A DNA stretch of 64,000 nt from Squalus acanthias (Eukaryota): positions 117,368,001 to 117,432,000 of the forward strand of contig CM059432.1 in assembly GCA_030390025.1 (NCBI GenBank), read 5' to 3'. This document shows positions 39,201 through 52,171 of this stretch, piece after piece. Both the position numbers and the translations under genes were made by a program. Below the pieces are notes generated by a model that ran no database searches, was not told the origin of the DNA, and saw only the letters and a list, made by a program, of their open reading frames with translations. Every line of letters starts with the position of its first letter. The stretch's first letter is position 1.

Positions 39201-41600
39201 AGTGCAGGGAGCGCAGGGAGTGCAGGGAGTGCAGAGAGTGCCGGGAGCGCCGGGAGTGCAGGGAGCGCCGGGAGTGCAGGGAGCGCCGGGAGTGCAGGGA
39301 GCGCTGGGAGTGCAGGGAGCACAGGGAGTGCAGGGAGCACAGGGAGTGCAGGGAGCGCCGGGAGTGCAGGGAGTGCAGGGAGCGCCGGGAGTGCAGGGAG
39401 TGCAGAGAGTGCCGGGAGTGCAGAGAGTGCAGGCAGCGCAGGGAGTGCAGGGAGCGCCGGGAGCGCCGGGAGTGCAGGGAGTGCAGAGAGTGCAGGGAGC
39501 GCAGGGAGCGCCGGGAGCGCCGGGAGTGCAGGGAGTGCAGGGAGCGCAGGGAGCGCAGGGAGTGCAGGGAGTGCAGGGAGCGCCGGGAGCGCCGGGAGCG
39601 CCGGGAGTGCAGGGAGTGCAGAGAGTGCAGGGAGCGCAGGGAGTGCAGGGAGTGCAGGGAGTGCAGGGAGTGCAGGGAGCGCCGGGAGCGCCGGGAGTGC
39701 AGGGAGTGCAGAGAGTGCAGGGAGCGCAGGGAGTGCAGAGAGTGCAGGGAGTGCAGGGAGCGCAGGGAGTGCAGGGTGTGCAGGGAGTGCAGGGAGTGCA
39801 GGGAGCGCCGGGAGTGCAGGGAGTGCAGGGAGCGCAGGGAGTGCAGGGAGCGCCGGGAGTGCAGGGAGTGCAGGGAGCGCAGGGAGTGCAGGGAGCGCCG
39901 GGAGCGCCGGGAGTGCAGGGAGTGCAGAGAGTGCAGGGAGCGCAGGGAGTGCAGAGAGTGCAGGGAGTGCAGGGAGCGCAGGGAGTGCAGGGAGCGCCGG
40001 GAGTGCAGGGAGTGCAGGGAGCGCAGGGAGTGCAGGGAGCGCCGGGAGCGCAGGGAGTGCAGGGAGTGCAGGGAGTGCAGAGAGTGCAGGGAGCGCAGGG
40101 ACTGCAGGGAGCGCAGGGACTGCAGGGAGCGCAGGGAGTGCAGGGAGTGCAGGGACTGCAGGGACTGCAGGGAGTGCAGGGAGTGCAGGGACTGCAGGGA
40201 GTGCAGGGAGTGCAGGGACTGCAGGGACTGCAGGGACTGCAGGGAGTGCAGGGACTGCAGGGAGTGCAGGGAGTGCAGGGAGCGCAGGGAGCGCAGGGAG
40301 CGCCGGGAGTGCAGGGAGTGCCGGGAGCGCAGGGAGTGGGAGTGCAGGGAGTGCCGGGAGCGCAGGGAGTGGGAGTGCAGGGAGTGCCGGGAGCGCAGGG
40401 AGTGCAGGGAGCGCAGGGAGTGCCGGGAGCGCAGGGAGCGCAGGGAGTGCAGGGAGCGCAGGGAGTGCAGGGAGTGCCGGGAGTGCCGGGAGTGCAGGGA
40501 GTGCCGGGAGCGCAGGGAGTGCAGGGAGCGCCGGGAGTGCAGGGAGTGCCGGGAGCGCAGGGAGTGCAGGGAGCGCAGGGAGCGCCGGGAGCGCAGGGAG
40601 TGCAGGGAGCGCAGGGAGCGCAGGGAGCGCAGGGAGTGCAGGGAGCGCAGGGACTGCAGGGAGTGCAGGGACTGCAGGGACTGCAGGGAGTGCAGGGACT
40701 GCAGGGAGTGCAGGGAGTGCAGGGACTGCAGGGAGTGCAGGGAGTGCAGGGAGCGCCGGGAGCGCAGGGAGCGCCGGGAGCGCAGGGAGCGCAGGGAGCG
40801 CCGGGAGTGCCGGGAGTGCAGGGACTGCAGGGACTGCAGGGAGTGCAGGCAGTGCAGGGAGTGCAGGCAGTGCAGGGAGTGCAGGGAGTGCTGCTGGATG
40901 CTTGTAAGGCTTTGGCTCTTAAAGGAAGGCCCCTGAGAAGACCACTTGCTCCCAGTCCTGGGAGCTCTAGTTGCAGTCCCCCTTGGGTTGCAACATCACA
41001 TGGAGATGGAGCAGAGGCAGCAAAGGGCACAAGCTGCTCGAGGAAGGAGAAGGAAGAAGATGAAGCAGAAGAGGAGGAAGCGGAAGGAAGGAGGCAAACC
41101 AGACAGTCCCTTTCTGGCCGGGATATTCGGGATCGAATCATCCGCCTGCGGTACCAGTGAACACAACCCCAATTCCCCTTTCAATATTTGTCCCACACCT
41201 TACCTTCCCTCTGTTACTGACCATCACAGCTGTCCTCTTGGCCACAATGCTGAAATAAAAGCCACCACAAAGCAAACTTTCCAATCTAACTTTATCCATG
41301 TATACATCCAATATTACATCAAAATATCAACTAATCACCCTTGTGCATTCCCTTACTAAGTGTCTTGCGTGTGCCTTTGCCTATCCTAGTGCTCTTACGC
41401 AGTGCTACCCCAGTGGCTGCAGCGTGGCTGGTGGAAGGCTGCTGACTTTCAGTGGGGGAGACTGCAGATCGCCTTTCAGGGTGACCTCAGGGAGCTGGTG
41501 GCTGGGAGTGTGAAATTGAGTGAAGGTGTTTCTACTTCTTCACTCTCCTCTTCCTCTTCTTGGTCAACCACTGGCTGGGCAAGCTGGATTTCTTGGGTGT
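30223..41600 (+). mobile_element. Internally deleted Harbinger derivative hosting the satellite array; right boundary uncertain
   Basis: Terminus GGCCGGGAAATTGG shares about 150 bp with the Harbinger end at 46660-46808; after the array, a transposase N-terminus-like segment ([16 protein letters not shown]) is joined to a C-terminus-like segment ([13 protein letters not shown]). Confidence 0.6.
30646..40890. repeat. About 10.2-kb tandem array of a 9-bp monomer, consensus GCAG(G/A)GAG(T/C) with GCCGGGAGY variants
   Basis: Directly visible; more than 1100 monomers; strongly purine-rich plus strand. Confidence 0.98.
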
Positions 41601-41799
41601 CCGAAATGAGAAAGGCTGTGGCGAGGGGAGCTGGGTAAAGCAAGAGCAGCATGCTTACTTCAAATGCAGCTTATAAATCAGAAGATATTGTGGGATGAGG
41701 AGGAAGTGGGATGTGAGAAGGAGGATAAAGTATGTGGCTATCAGCATCTTGTATTCTTTCAGCCCTGCCGCTGACCAAGGGCTCAGCCATGTCCCTGCC

Positions 41800-42120
41800 A
41801 AGAATGGCCAGCACCGTCTCCTCCAAGGGGAGGAGGTGAAGCTAGGGATGTGAGGTGTGAGGTCTGGTTGCAGGAGGTGGCAGAGTTCTGTGACCACCTC
41901 TTTGGTGAAGCGGAGCTTACTAATACACTGCTCCTGGCTTAGGTGCAGGTAGGAGAAGTGCTCTCGGAAGACCCTAGGTGGGTAAGGCCACCTGCTGACA
42001 GCCCTTCTGCCTCTCCTCCTCCTCCCTCTGCTAGCATCTTGTCCTTTTCTTCGCTGCCTCTGCTCCATCTCCCTGTCATACTTGCGTGAAAGGGGACTGC
42101 AAGTAGAGCCCCCATGACTG
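41800..42120 (-). pseudogene. Harbinger transposase N-terminal fragment
   Basis: PYPPRVFREHFSYLHLSQEQCISKLRFTKEVVTELCHLLQPDL, homologous to [31 protein letters not shown] at 46456. Confidence 0.7.
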
Positions 42121-42731
42121 GGAGCAAGTGATATGATGCAGAAGCCTTTAAATGAGAATCAAGACATTCCTCACTTCCAGCAACACTCTCTGTCACCTCA
42201 GCAATCTTAAATAACTGTAGAAAGCTCCAAGCAGTTGCACAAACTTAACAGAGCCAGTAAAAATCAAAAAGCAAGTCAGCTACAAGTTGTTGCTGATCCC
42301 TTTAAGTAGTGCTGATGGGGGGGTCCTTCCTGCTGCTGAATGCTGTTCAGCTGTTTGCGATTTGGAGAGGGAGTTAAAAGGAGCAGCCACGTCCAAAATG
42401 GCAGATCATGTGTCAAATCAGTGTTGCACACTCATTGGGCGGAATTTTCTTTACCTGGTCGGGTCGGGTGCAGGCGGTCGCCATGGCGGTTCGCGACCCC
42501 GTTGTTGCTTCCCTCCCGCTGCAGAAATCGACTTTGTGATAATGGGGCCTATTAAGCCCACCCTGCGCGTTATCCGGCCCAATTAAATGGTGTGGGTCTG
42601 ATGACATCATCTATGACGTGTTTTCAGCCGGGATGTTTAAAGGCGCCGTGGCCATGTTGCATTTGAAGCATCATCTAGGAGTGTGCAGCCACTGCATTGG
42701 AGGCTTTGATTGCTCCAAACAGTTGGAGACA

Positions 42732-45090
42732 TGATTGCACAGGGCAGAGGGCTGCACTCAGGTTCTCCGATGACACCCTCCATATGCTTGTGGAGGGAGT
42801 CAGAGCACACAGGGAGGTCCTCTTCCCTTCCAATGGGTGGAAGAGACTTCCCTAGGAGACAAAAAGAGCCTGGCTCCAAATTGCAGAGAAGGTCAACACA
42901 AGGGATGTGGTCAGGAGGACCTGGGTGCAGTGCCAGAAACGTTTCAATTATCTCATTAGATCAGGAAAGGTGAGTACAAAGCCACACTCAACTTCATCCT
43001 ACTGTGCCTCTCATCAAATCACCATCACACTGCCTTCCCAGCCCTACTCCTGCACATTCTTACTCACACCAACATACCTTTCACGCCCACCCATCCCTCT
43101 ATCACTATCTACATTGGCCCAGAAATTAGGCTCCCTGGCTTCCCGCGGGTGCAAGGATCCCGCGCGCACCTACCTACCACGCCTGCCGTTGACCTCTGGG
43201 CCCACGGGGACTTCAGCTCCTGGGCCTCCCCCAACTGCCGGCGCGCAGTGCTTGTGTATCCCAGGGGCGTAGTTAGTGCGATGCGTCCCCTGGGATCATG
43301 TGGGCCATGGAGAGCCAATGGCAGCAGACCATCTTTCATTCATAGATTTGACAGGAAGACCTGTCAAATCTATGAATTGAAATCGCCCCCAAAACAACAC
43401 CTAAACTTCAAATAAATTTTTTAAAAAACCATCACATTTTTAAAATAACTATAAGTTAAATAAATTAACTACTTTAAACAAAAATTTTAATTTTTGAAAA
43501 AATTAAAATACTTTTTAACAGTGCTAAAAATAAACTTACCTTTCTTTAAAGTATCTAAAAAAGATAAACTTGTTGAAATCTTTTTTAAATTGTAATTAAT
43601 TAACCACTTACCTTGTTAAAAACGGGTCTTGTGCCTCCTTTTTAAAAGCGCAGCTTCTTCCATACTTACCTTCCCGGAGAAACCTGAAAAAAAAACAAAG
43701 TTCGCTGCGTGCGCGCAGCCTCTCCCGCACACGCGGTTCACCTCTGAACCCCTCCCTTCACGAGACCGGAAGTTCCGGTTTCCCGCGCATGCGCAGTGCA
43801 TGCAGGAAACCGGCACTTCAGGAGGCCTTACGGGTGAGTACACAACGCGTACTCACCCGGCAAGTGTCGAATTTTTGGCCCAATATCACATCCTCATCTT
43901 ACTAGCCACCCCTCACACTCACCCTCATCCTAATGCAATCATACCAACTAACAACACACAAGGAGGCCATTTGGCATTGTCACCCCACTCCATCATAGTC
44001 TCCCTCTAAAGATGTAACCCATCCATTCCTTACACTCATTCCATCACTCTCACTCAACCTTCTCTTCTTTCCTTCCTTGCAGGAAAAGAGAGCCCACAAT
44101 AAGAGGGAGAGGGAGAGTATCATTTGCCACTCTCACAGCAGCAGAGGAAGCTGCGTCAGAAGTATCGGGAATCGCGAGCAGTTGGAGGTGGGAGACGGAG
44201 AGAGGGGGACATCTCAGCAACCTGGTGATAGAATTACATATCATACAGCTACATGGCATACATCAATCACTCATATGGGGACTGATGTCATCAGCCATTG
44301 AATGGTCATCATGTGCATAATGGTAACTGTAGCCATTCTTCATATGACATATCTAACTCATCTCTTTACTCTCCCACAGGTCCATCAAGAGCCAACCCCC
44401 CCCACCCCCCCACAACTGGCCAGGAGGAAGAGGAAGACAATTCCTTAAAGGGGCCTCCAGCCTCTGAGGGCGCACCGTCACCAGCCATAAGTCCACCCAG
44501 CACCAGCGCAGATACACACACCTCAGTGGGTGCCACGTGAGATAGAGTAGTGTTGTCACCAGGTCTGTCACAAGTCACAAGTGAGCAAGAGCAGATGGTG
44601 GAGACAGGGACACTCCCAGCTCTGCTCAGCTGCATGCAGACGCTGAGCCTTGGGGGCCATCCAGAAAGAGGGCGATCCTGGAAGTGCACGAAGAGTGCAG
44701 GGGGCTCTGACAGGTTTTGCGACTGCACCACCGTGTCGCAGGCAATGCGACTGTAGGCTCTTCCATGGAAAGGATGGCCACCTGCATGGAGCAGCTAATG
44801 CACCACTCACAGGATCACATGGTCTCTTTGGAGAATAGATGACTATCTATGGAAAATAGATGGCAGAGGCTCATAGACCTCCTCTCTTGGAGGGATGTCA
44901 CCGTAGACGTGGGTCTCATGGCCCCATTGATGTGCAGCAAGGTGCTCTCCAGCTCCTTTGGTGGGGCCATCACAGGCTCCAAGACCCAAAGGATGTCTGC
45001 CAAGAGTGTCTGAGCAGTGGCAGCAGAGAAGTGAGTAGGTGGCCTCTGCCTCTGCTGAAGCCATAGGGGTAGCACCTCGTAGAAGCACAC
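42732..45090 (+). pseudogene. Harbinger Myb/SANT-like accessory gene remnant, spliced (exons about 42732-42969, 44083-44224, 44380 onward)
   Basis: RFSDDTLHMLVEGV...AWLQIAEKVN...RRTWVQCQKRFNYL; donor AAG/GTGAGT at 42970; acceptor TTGCAG followed by EKRAHNKRERE. Confidence 0.7.
43116..43881. mobile_element. MITE nested in the Myb-gene intron
   Basis: Imperfect TIRs GGCCCAGAAATT / AATTTTTGGCCC; AT-rich core. Confidence 0.6.
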
Positions 45091-45399
45091 GTAAGAGAAA
45101 GATGACACACAAGTAGGTTCACAAGGGTAGCCACTTGGATGTTTTATTCAATGTTAATGTCAAGTTCCCGTTAATGTAAAGTCAACCATAAAAATCTTTA
45201 TTTTCACCACTTTCCGGTCTTGGAAAAATGTGTGTGCACCTCTGGAAGTGGCTTAGTGAGTTGGAGTGAATGGTGAAACATAACAGCATCTCCAGCAATG
45301 GTGGTCAGTGTGAAAGGAATGGCTTGGTCATTGTAGGGATTCTTGATGATGTTGCTGTGGCGTGGTGCCAACATGGCACAGCGGGTGGCAGCCATATGG

Positions 45400-46500
45400 G
45401 TGTACTGCGTAAATTTAAGTAAATCTGGCCATGGTGAGGCCATCCCTGACGTCCTGGGCAGCAATGTGCTCGGGTGCTGGTGGAATATGGCCCACAGGTT
45501 CCTCCAGCTCCTGCTCCTCCTCATCTTCCAGCTGATGCTCCTCCTCCTCCTGCTCCTCCTCCTCCTCTGAAGAGGCTGTGCGCTCAGTGCCTTGCTCCTC
45601 ATGCAGCGCTCATCCTCGCTGCTGCGCTATGTTGTGCAGGGCGCAACAGACCACGACGATTCCGTAGACCCTGGCTGGTGTGTACTGAAGGGCTCGTCCA
45701 GATCTGCCAAAACATCTGAAGCGCATTTTCAGCATGCCTATCCTCTGCTCTATGACACAGCTGGTGGAAATGTGACTTTCATTATATCTCTCCTGGCCCT
45801 CAGTACTTGGTCTCCTCAAGGGTGTCATGAGCCACGTCTTCAGTGGATAGCCCTTGTCTCCAAGCAGCCAGCCGGAAAGTCTGTTTGGAGGAGTGAAGAG
45901 TTGAGGGAGGGTTACTGGCGAAGGATGAAAGTGTTTTGGCAGCTGCCAGGGAATTTGGCACACACATGCATGATGATCTTCCTATGGTTGCAGACCAGCT
46001 GCTCATTGAGGGAGTGGAAGCACTTTCGATGAAAAACACTCCTGGGTTATGATGGGGTGCCCTGATGTCCAGATGTGTGGAGTCGATGACGCCCTGCACC
46101 CAGGGGAAGCCAGCCGTAGTGGCAAAGCCGAGCGCCCGCTCAGTAACACTGGCTTCATCAGTGGCAACGTTGATATCATTGGCTGACTTGTCAAAGAGGG
46201 CATCGGTGACCTGTGTGACGCATCTGTGGCCGGCCGACTGCGAGATGACGCAAATATCTGCTGAAGATCCCTGGAAGGAGCCTGAGGTGAAGAAGTTGAG
46301 GGCGCTGGTGACTTTGACAGCCACTGGTAAGGCATGTCCACCTGCTCCTCTGGGCTGCAGGTCTTGTTCCAGCAAAGTGCAAATGTCTGCGACAACCTGG
46401 CGTGATGGCCTGAGCCTCCTTTGGCACTGCTGCTCAGTCATATTGAGGAAGCTCATCCTCTGCCTGTATATCCTGCGTTGGAGCTGTCACCTCTGACATG
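45400..46500 (-). pseudogene. Harbinger DDE transposase (HARBI1-like), frameshifted; element terminus at about 46808
   Basis: [49 protein letters not shown]...[21 protein letters not shown]. Confidence 0.9.
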
Positions 46501-46808
46501 GTGCAGCCCTGCACTGATGCCCTCTGTCCTGTGCAGCGGGATGACAATGAGTTCGCGACCCGCTGCAACTTACTTCAAATTTCCCACCTGACCTCCCTCC
46601 AATGGCACCCGTACAGACCCCAGAAAATTATGGCCATTGATATCACAATCTGCTTTACTTCCATTTCTGCAGCCAGCGCAGGCAACGGCAGCGCTGCCAG
46701 CCTGCCCAAAATGGCCACCGCCGCAGGACCCGCCAGAAGTGAGGCAGCTGCCAATTTTTTTCCAAACCGGCCTTAATGGCCGGCGCAAACGGATCCAATT
46801 TCCCAGCA

Positions 46809-47322
46809 ACAATTTCTAAATTTGTGGATGACACCAAATTGGGAGAGATAGTCAACACTGAGGAGGACTGCAACAAATTAGAAGAAGACCTTAATACACT
46901 TGCAGAATGGGCATATAATTGGCAAATGAATTTCAACACAGATAAATGTGAGGTATTACATTTTGGTAAGAAAAATAAGGAGGTCACTTATTACTTGGAA
47001 AATAAGAATTTAAATGGGGTAGATGAGCAAAGGGAGCCTGGAACAGAGCTGCACAAATCACTAAATGTAGCGATGCAGGTTAATAAGATATAAAAAAAAA
47101 ACCAAGAACTAGGGTTTATTTCTAAAGGGATAGAATTGAAAAGTAGAGAAGTTATGCTAAACCTGTATCGAACCTTGATTAGACCACACTTGGAGTACTG
47201 CGTACAAATCTGGTCACCATATTATAAAAAGCATATAGAGGCACTGGAGAGGGTAAAAATAGATTTATAAGGATGACACCAGACATGCGAGGTTATACCT
47301 ATCAGGAAAGGATGTACTGGCT
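46809..47322 (+). mobile_element. CR1 LINE fragment
   Basis: TISKFVDDTKLG, WQMNFNTDKCEVLHFG, RPHLEYC. Confidence 0.85.
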
Positions 47323-49348
47323 GGGGGATTAATTTTACTAAAGAGTGAAAACAGGCGCTAAATGGGTGCAGTTCTAATAATACTAGAATGTTTGAATGTC
47401 TGGATTTAGCACTCAATTTTAGTTCTAATTGCTGATTAGCATAATTTGAACTTGCCTGGAGGTGCTAAACCAGAAAACTGCAGGTTTAGCACTCAAGTAC
47501 TGATTAGGCACATTTTTCGCAGTATATGTGGGCTTCTCGCACCCACTTCCACTGAAGGTGTGGAGTGCTCTGGCTGGCACACAGTGGCATGTTGCAGGAT
47601 GGCTGAGGGACTGAGGGAGAGGGCGCACAAGTTCTCGGACGCAGCATTGGAGGTCCTGGTGGAGGAGGGATGTCCTGTACCCGCAGGGGAGGAAAGATGC
47701 CACCTTGCCCTCCTGTCCGTCTTTCCTGCAGCAGCTGGTGCTGCTCTGCCTGGTCTTATGTCCTCCTCCCATTCTTCATCCAGACCAAGGGGGACCCCTA
47801 ACAAGATGCCCATGACCAAGCACTGCCTTTCTCCTGGTGATTCCTATAAGGTGTCCAATAAGGTCGAGTAGCACAGCACTCACTTTTTTCAGGTGAAATC
47901 CTCAGAGAATTTCCAGAATAAATGTTGCTTGAGTGTTTGTGAACATAAGAACATAAGAACATAAGAAATAGGAGCAGGCATAGGCCATTCGGCCCTTCGA
48001 GCCTGCTCCGCCATTCAATATTCGGCCTTTCGAGCCTGCTCCGCCATTCAATGAGATCATGGCTGATCTTCTGCCTCAACTCGATTCACCGGCCCTATCA
48101 TCATATCCCTTGATGCCCTTACTAGTCAGAAATCTATCGACTTCTGTTTTGAATATACCCAATGATTGAACCTCCACAGCCCTTTGGGGTAGAGAATTCC
48201 AAAGATTCACCACCCTCTGTGTGAAGAATTTTCTTCTCATCTCAGCCCTGAATGGCCTACCCTTTATCCTGAGGCTGTGGCCCCTGGTTCTAGACTCCCC
48301 AGCCACGGGAAACATTCTCCCAGCATCCACCCTATCAAGCCCTGTAATAATTTTGTATTCTTCAATGAGATCCCCTCTCATTCTTCTGAATTGAAGAGAA
48401 TACAGGCCTAGTTTACTCAATCTCTTCTCATACGACAGTCCCGCCATCCCAGGAATCAATCTCGTGAACCTTCGTTGCACTCCCTCTATGGCAAGTATAT
48501 CCTTCCTTAGGTAAGGAGACCAAAATTATACACAGTACTCCAGGTGTGGTCTCACCAAGGCCCTATATAATTGGAGTAAGACTTCTTTATTCCTGTACTC
48601 AAATCCTCTTGTAACGAAGGCCAGCACACCATTTGCCTTCCTAATGGCTTGCTGCACCTGCACATTCACTTTCAGTGACTCATGTACAAGGACACCCAGG
48701 TCCCTTTGAGCATCTGCACTCCCCAATCTTTCACCATTTAGGAAATACTCTGCCTTTCTGTTTTTTCTACCAAAGTGGATAACTTCACATTTATGCACAT
48801 TATATTTCATCTGCCATGTTCTCGCCCACTCACTGAGCCTGTCGAGATCCCCTTGATGGGTGCAAGTGTGGAGAGGTAAGTATGTGAGGTGAGTGGAAAG
48901 TGATAGAAAATGTTTACTTACCTTTGTTTCTTCCTACTGGCTTCAACAGTTGGGGATGCGGAGACTCTCGCATCTCACCAGCAGAAATGACAGATAGCTG
49001 CGGCATTCTCCGATGCAACAGCCATCTAGTTTCTGCTCACAAAAGAGGTTTGATGAGTCTTGAATACAAGAACTCATCAACAACAGAGAATGTCAGTGTT
49101 TGACAGCTTCACAGAGCTGTCAAATGATGACAATTCATCAGTCAAAAAGTTTTGACAGGTGAAACGTCATACGCTGACGTTCTCTGTAAGCGGCTTCCCC
49201 TTAATTGGCTTGCTAAGCCTGCTGGGCGGGCTTAACAAGGTCAATCAAGGGAAAATAGCGTTGGCCACAAGTCGATGGAGGCGGGACTAAAACCCGACAA
49301 ACAGCAGTCCCGCCTCCAGCGTGCCCCCATTGACAAAATCGACCCCTA
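47323..49348. mobile_element. Probable non-autonomous Harbinger element with a Myb remnant, interrupted by a CR1 piece
   Basis: GGGG...AATTTT start and AAAATCGACCCC end; RERAHKFSDAALEVLVEE Myb-like N-terminus. Confidence 0.45.
47940..48856 (-). mobile_element. CR1 LINE 3' portion
   Basis: QGDLDRLSEWA, KCEVIHFGRKN, LVRPHLEYC, FFTQRVVNLWNSLP; (TTCTTATG)n tail. Confidence 0.9.
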
Positions 49349-49445
49349 AATGTCAGGAGACGATACAGCCATCCAGTGGATGGGAAGTCACAACCAACCC
49401 AACATCCACACAAGTATACTTCTGATGGGGAAGATGACAGTACCA

Positions 49446-49925
49446 CAGAATTACATAGTTAGAATTACATAGAATATACAGCACAGAAACAGACCATTCA
49501 GCCCAACCAGTCCACAACAACAACAACTTGCATTTATATAGTGCCTTTAACGTAGTCCATGCTAGCGTTTATGCTCCACTCAAGCCACCTCCCATCCTTC
49601 CTCATCTAACTCTATCAGCATAACCCTCTATTCCCTTCTCCCTCATATGTTTATCTAGCTTCCCCTTAAATGCATCTATACTATTCGCTTCAACCACTCC
49701 CTGTTGTAGTGAGCTCCACATTCTCACCACTCTCTGGGTAAAGAAGTTTCTTCTGAATTCCCTGTTTGATTTCTTGGTGACTATCTTATATTGATGGCCT
49801 CTCGTTTTGCTCTACCCCACAAGTGGAAACGCTCTCTCTGTATCTATTCTATCAAAACCTTTCATAATTTTAAAGACCTCTATTAGGTCATGCCTCAGCC
49901 TCTCTTTTCAAGAGTAAAGAGAACA
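49446..49925 (-). mobile_element. CR1 LINE 3' end
   Basis: Reverse complement of the family at 21000-21510. Confidence 0.8.
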
Positions 49926-50334
49926 AGAGGGCGATTTTCACCAAATACTTTAAGCACTAAAAAGGTAAAGAGGTGGCCAAATGGGGCTTAGAGCTGAAAC
50001 GCCGGTTTCGTCTGCATTTAGCGCAAGATGCCATCTTGGTAAAGGAGTTGAAGCCAGTGCTAGGAACGGCTGCCCAGAGGCTGGTTAAACAGTTAATTGC
50101 CACTTAAAATGCTGCTAGCGCTCATTAAAGAGGCTACACGACATTCTGATGGCCAGCGCTTCAACTAACGCTCTCTCCTAACAGCGACCAGCTGTTTGGG
50201 AGTGAACACGAATTTGATGTCAATTTCAAGCGCTACTTAAAGAGCTACTCACCACTTAATGGTCTTTGCTGCTGGAGCTGTGAAGAGGACATCTGAACCA
50301 CATCAGGAGACTTTCTGGGACACTTTGTCAAGAA

Positions 50335-50860
50335 ACTGATAAAGAAAGGGAAAATGGAATATGAGCATAAACTAGCGAAAAATATTAAAACCGAATGTAA
50401 AAGTTTCTATAGGTATATAAAAAGGAAAAGACTGGTGAAAGTAAATGTAGGTCCTTTACAGTCAGCGACAGGAGAATTTATAATGAGGAATGAGGAAATG
50501 GCAGAGAAATTAAATAAATACTTTGTTTCTGTCTTCACGGAGGAAGACACAAAAAACCTCCCAGAAATACGAGAAAACCAAGGGTGTGGCGAGAATGAGG
50601 AACTTAAAGAAATTATTATTAGTAAAAAAACAATACTAGCAAAATTAATGGGACTAAAAGTCGATAAATCCCAAGGACCGGATGACCTACATCCTAGGGT
50701 TTTGAAAGAGGTGGCCATTGGGATAGTGGACGCATTGGTTGTCATCTTCCAAAATTTTATAGATTCTATAACGGTTCCTGCAGATTGGAGGATAGCAAAT
50801 GTAACCCCACTATTTAAGAAAGGAGGGAGAGAGAAAACGGGGAACTACAGACCTGTTAGC
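50335..50860 (+). mobile_element. CR1 ORF2 fragment upstream of the RT core
   Basis: KSQGPDDLHPRVLKE, VPADWRIANVTPLFKKG, GNYRPVS. Confidence 0.9.
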
Positions 50861-51362
50861 CACTTGAAGCCTCTTCACATCCTTTCAAAACTGACACTGC
50901 CACCTAGCTTTGTATCATCAGCAAATCTGGAAATGTTACATTTAGTCCCCTCATCCAAATCATTGATATAGATTGTGAATAGCTGGGGCCCAAGCACCGA
51001 TCCTTGCGGTCACAGCCTGCCATCCTGAAAAAGACCCATTTATCCCTACTCTTTGTTTTCTGTCTGTTAACCAATTCTCAACCCATGCTAATATATTACC
51101 CCCAATTCCATGTGCCCTAATTTTGTTCACCAACCTCTTGTGTGGGACCTTATCGAAGGCCTTCTGAAAATCCAGATACATCACATCTACCGGTTCCCCT
51201 TTGTCTACTCCACTAGTTACATCCTCAAAGAAATCCAATAGGTTTGTTAAACAGGATTTCCCTTTCATAAATCATGTTGACTCTGCCCAATCTTACTATT
51301 AGCTTCTAAGTGCCCAGTTATTGCATCCTTTATAATAGATTCCAGCATTTTCCCAACTACTG
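50861..51362 (-). mobile_element. CR1 RT fragment, inverted relative to its neighbour
   Basis: [43 protein letters not shown]. Confidence 0.9.
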
Positions 51363-52171
51363 CTTTTACCAGGCGTAAGATTTCTAAGGGTTTTCAGCGG
51401 GCGGAGGTTCTGCAGAAAGCGGAACTCTCCCCCCGCAGAGGCCCTTCTCCAGGGCAGGTGTCCGATCTGTCAAGCGCATTCTTAACAGATCGGAAATGCC
51501 GGTTTTCAGCGCATGCTCTGTGCATGCCTGAAACTGGCATTTCCGATGTCCCTACGGGTGTGTACACAGCCCGTACACACCCGTAGGCATCGGAATATAC
51601 GGCCCTTTGTTTCTCCAGAGTTTCTGCCAAAGTTATGGTGGGAGATCGGAAAAATCCCTATGGAAATTCTGCGCATAAATATATAACTCGTTCCTGTTTG
51701 ATGATTTATGCTTAAATGTCAAGCTTATGTAAGAAAAATTCCCTATGGCCCTACAGTGCCTGATCAAGAAAGAACGGAAAGAACTTGTATTCATTTAGCA
51801 CCTTATCATATCTTTGGAACATCCCAAAGCACATCACATCACAACCAACACATTACTTTTGAAATACAGTCATTATTTGTAAATAAGCCAACGCTAGCAG
51901 CCAATTGCAAGGTTCCACACACAGTCAATGAGATGAATCGTCAGTTAATCAGTTTTTGGTTTGTGTTGATTTAGGGAGGACTGTTGGCCAGGACAAGGGA
52001 GAGCTCCCTTACTTAGTTTAGAATAGTGTTCATCAAACCACTGGAATGGGCCATCAGTTTACTATCTTATCTGAAAACATTTTACTACATTAAAGGCACG
52101 ATATAAATGCGACAATATTACAACAATCTGGTAGTTTCACTATCACTGAAACGTTAACTCTGTTTCTTTTT

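Noticed and set aside
30646..40890. CRISPR-like array
   Set aside because: No unique spacers, no cas genes, and a eukaryotic context
30627..41160. Giant ORFs of 1000-3500 aa, including collagen-like (GVQ/GAP)n, (REC)n and (SAG)n translations
   Set aside because: The 9-bp monomer has no stop codon in any frame, so all six frames are open; frame switches at indels and the lack of signal or terminal domains show these are artefacts
45400..46500. Domesticated host HARBI1 gene
   Set aside because: Frameshifted, with a transposon terminus nearby and several related decayed copies in the window
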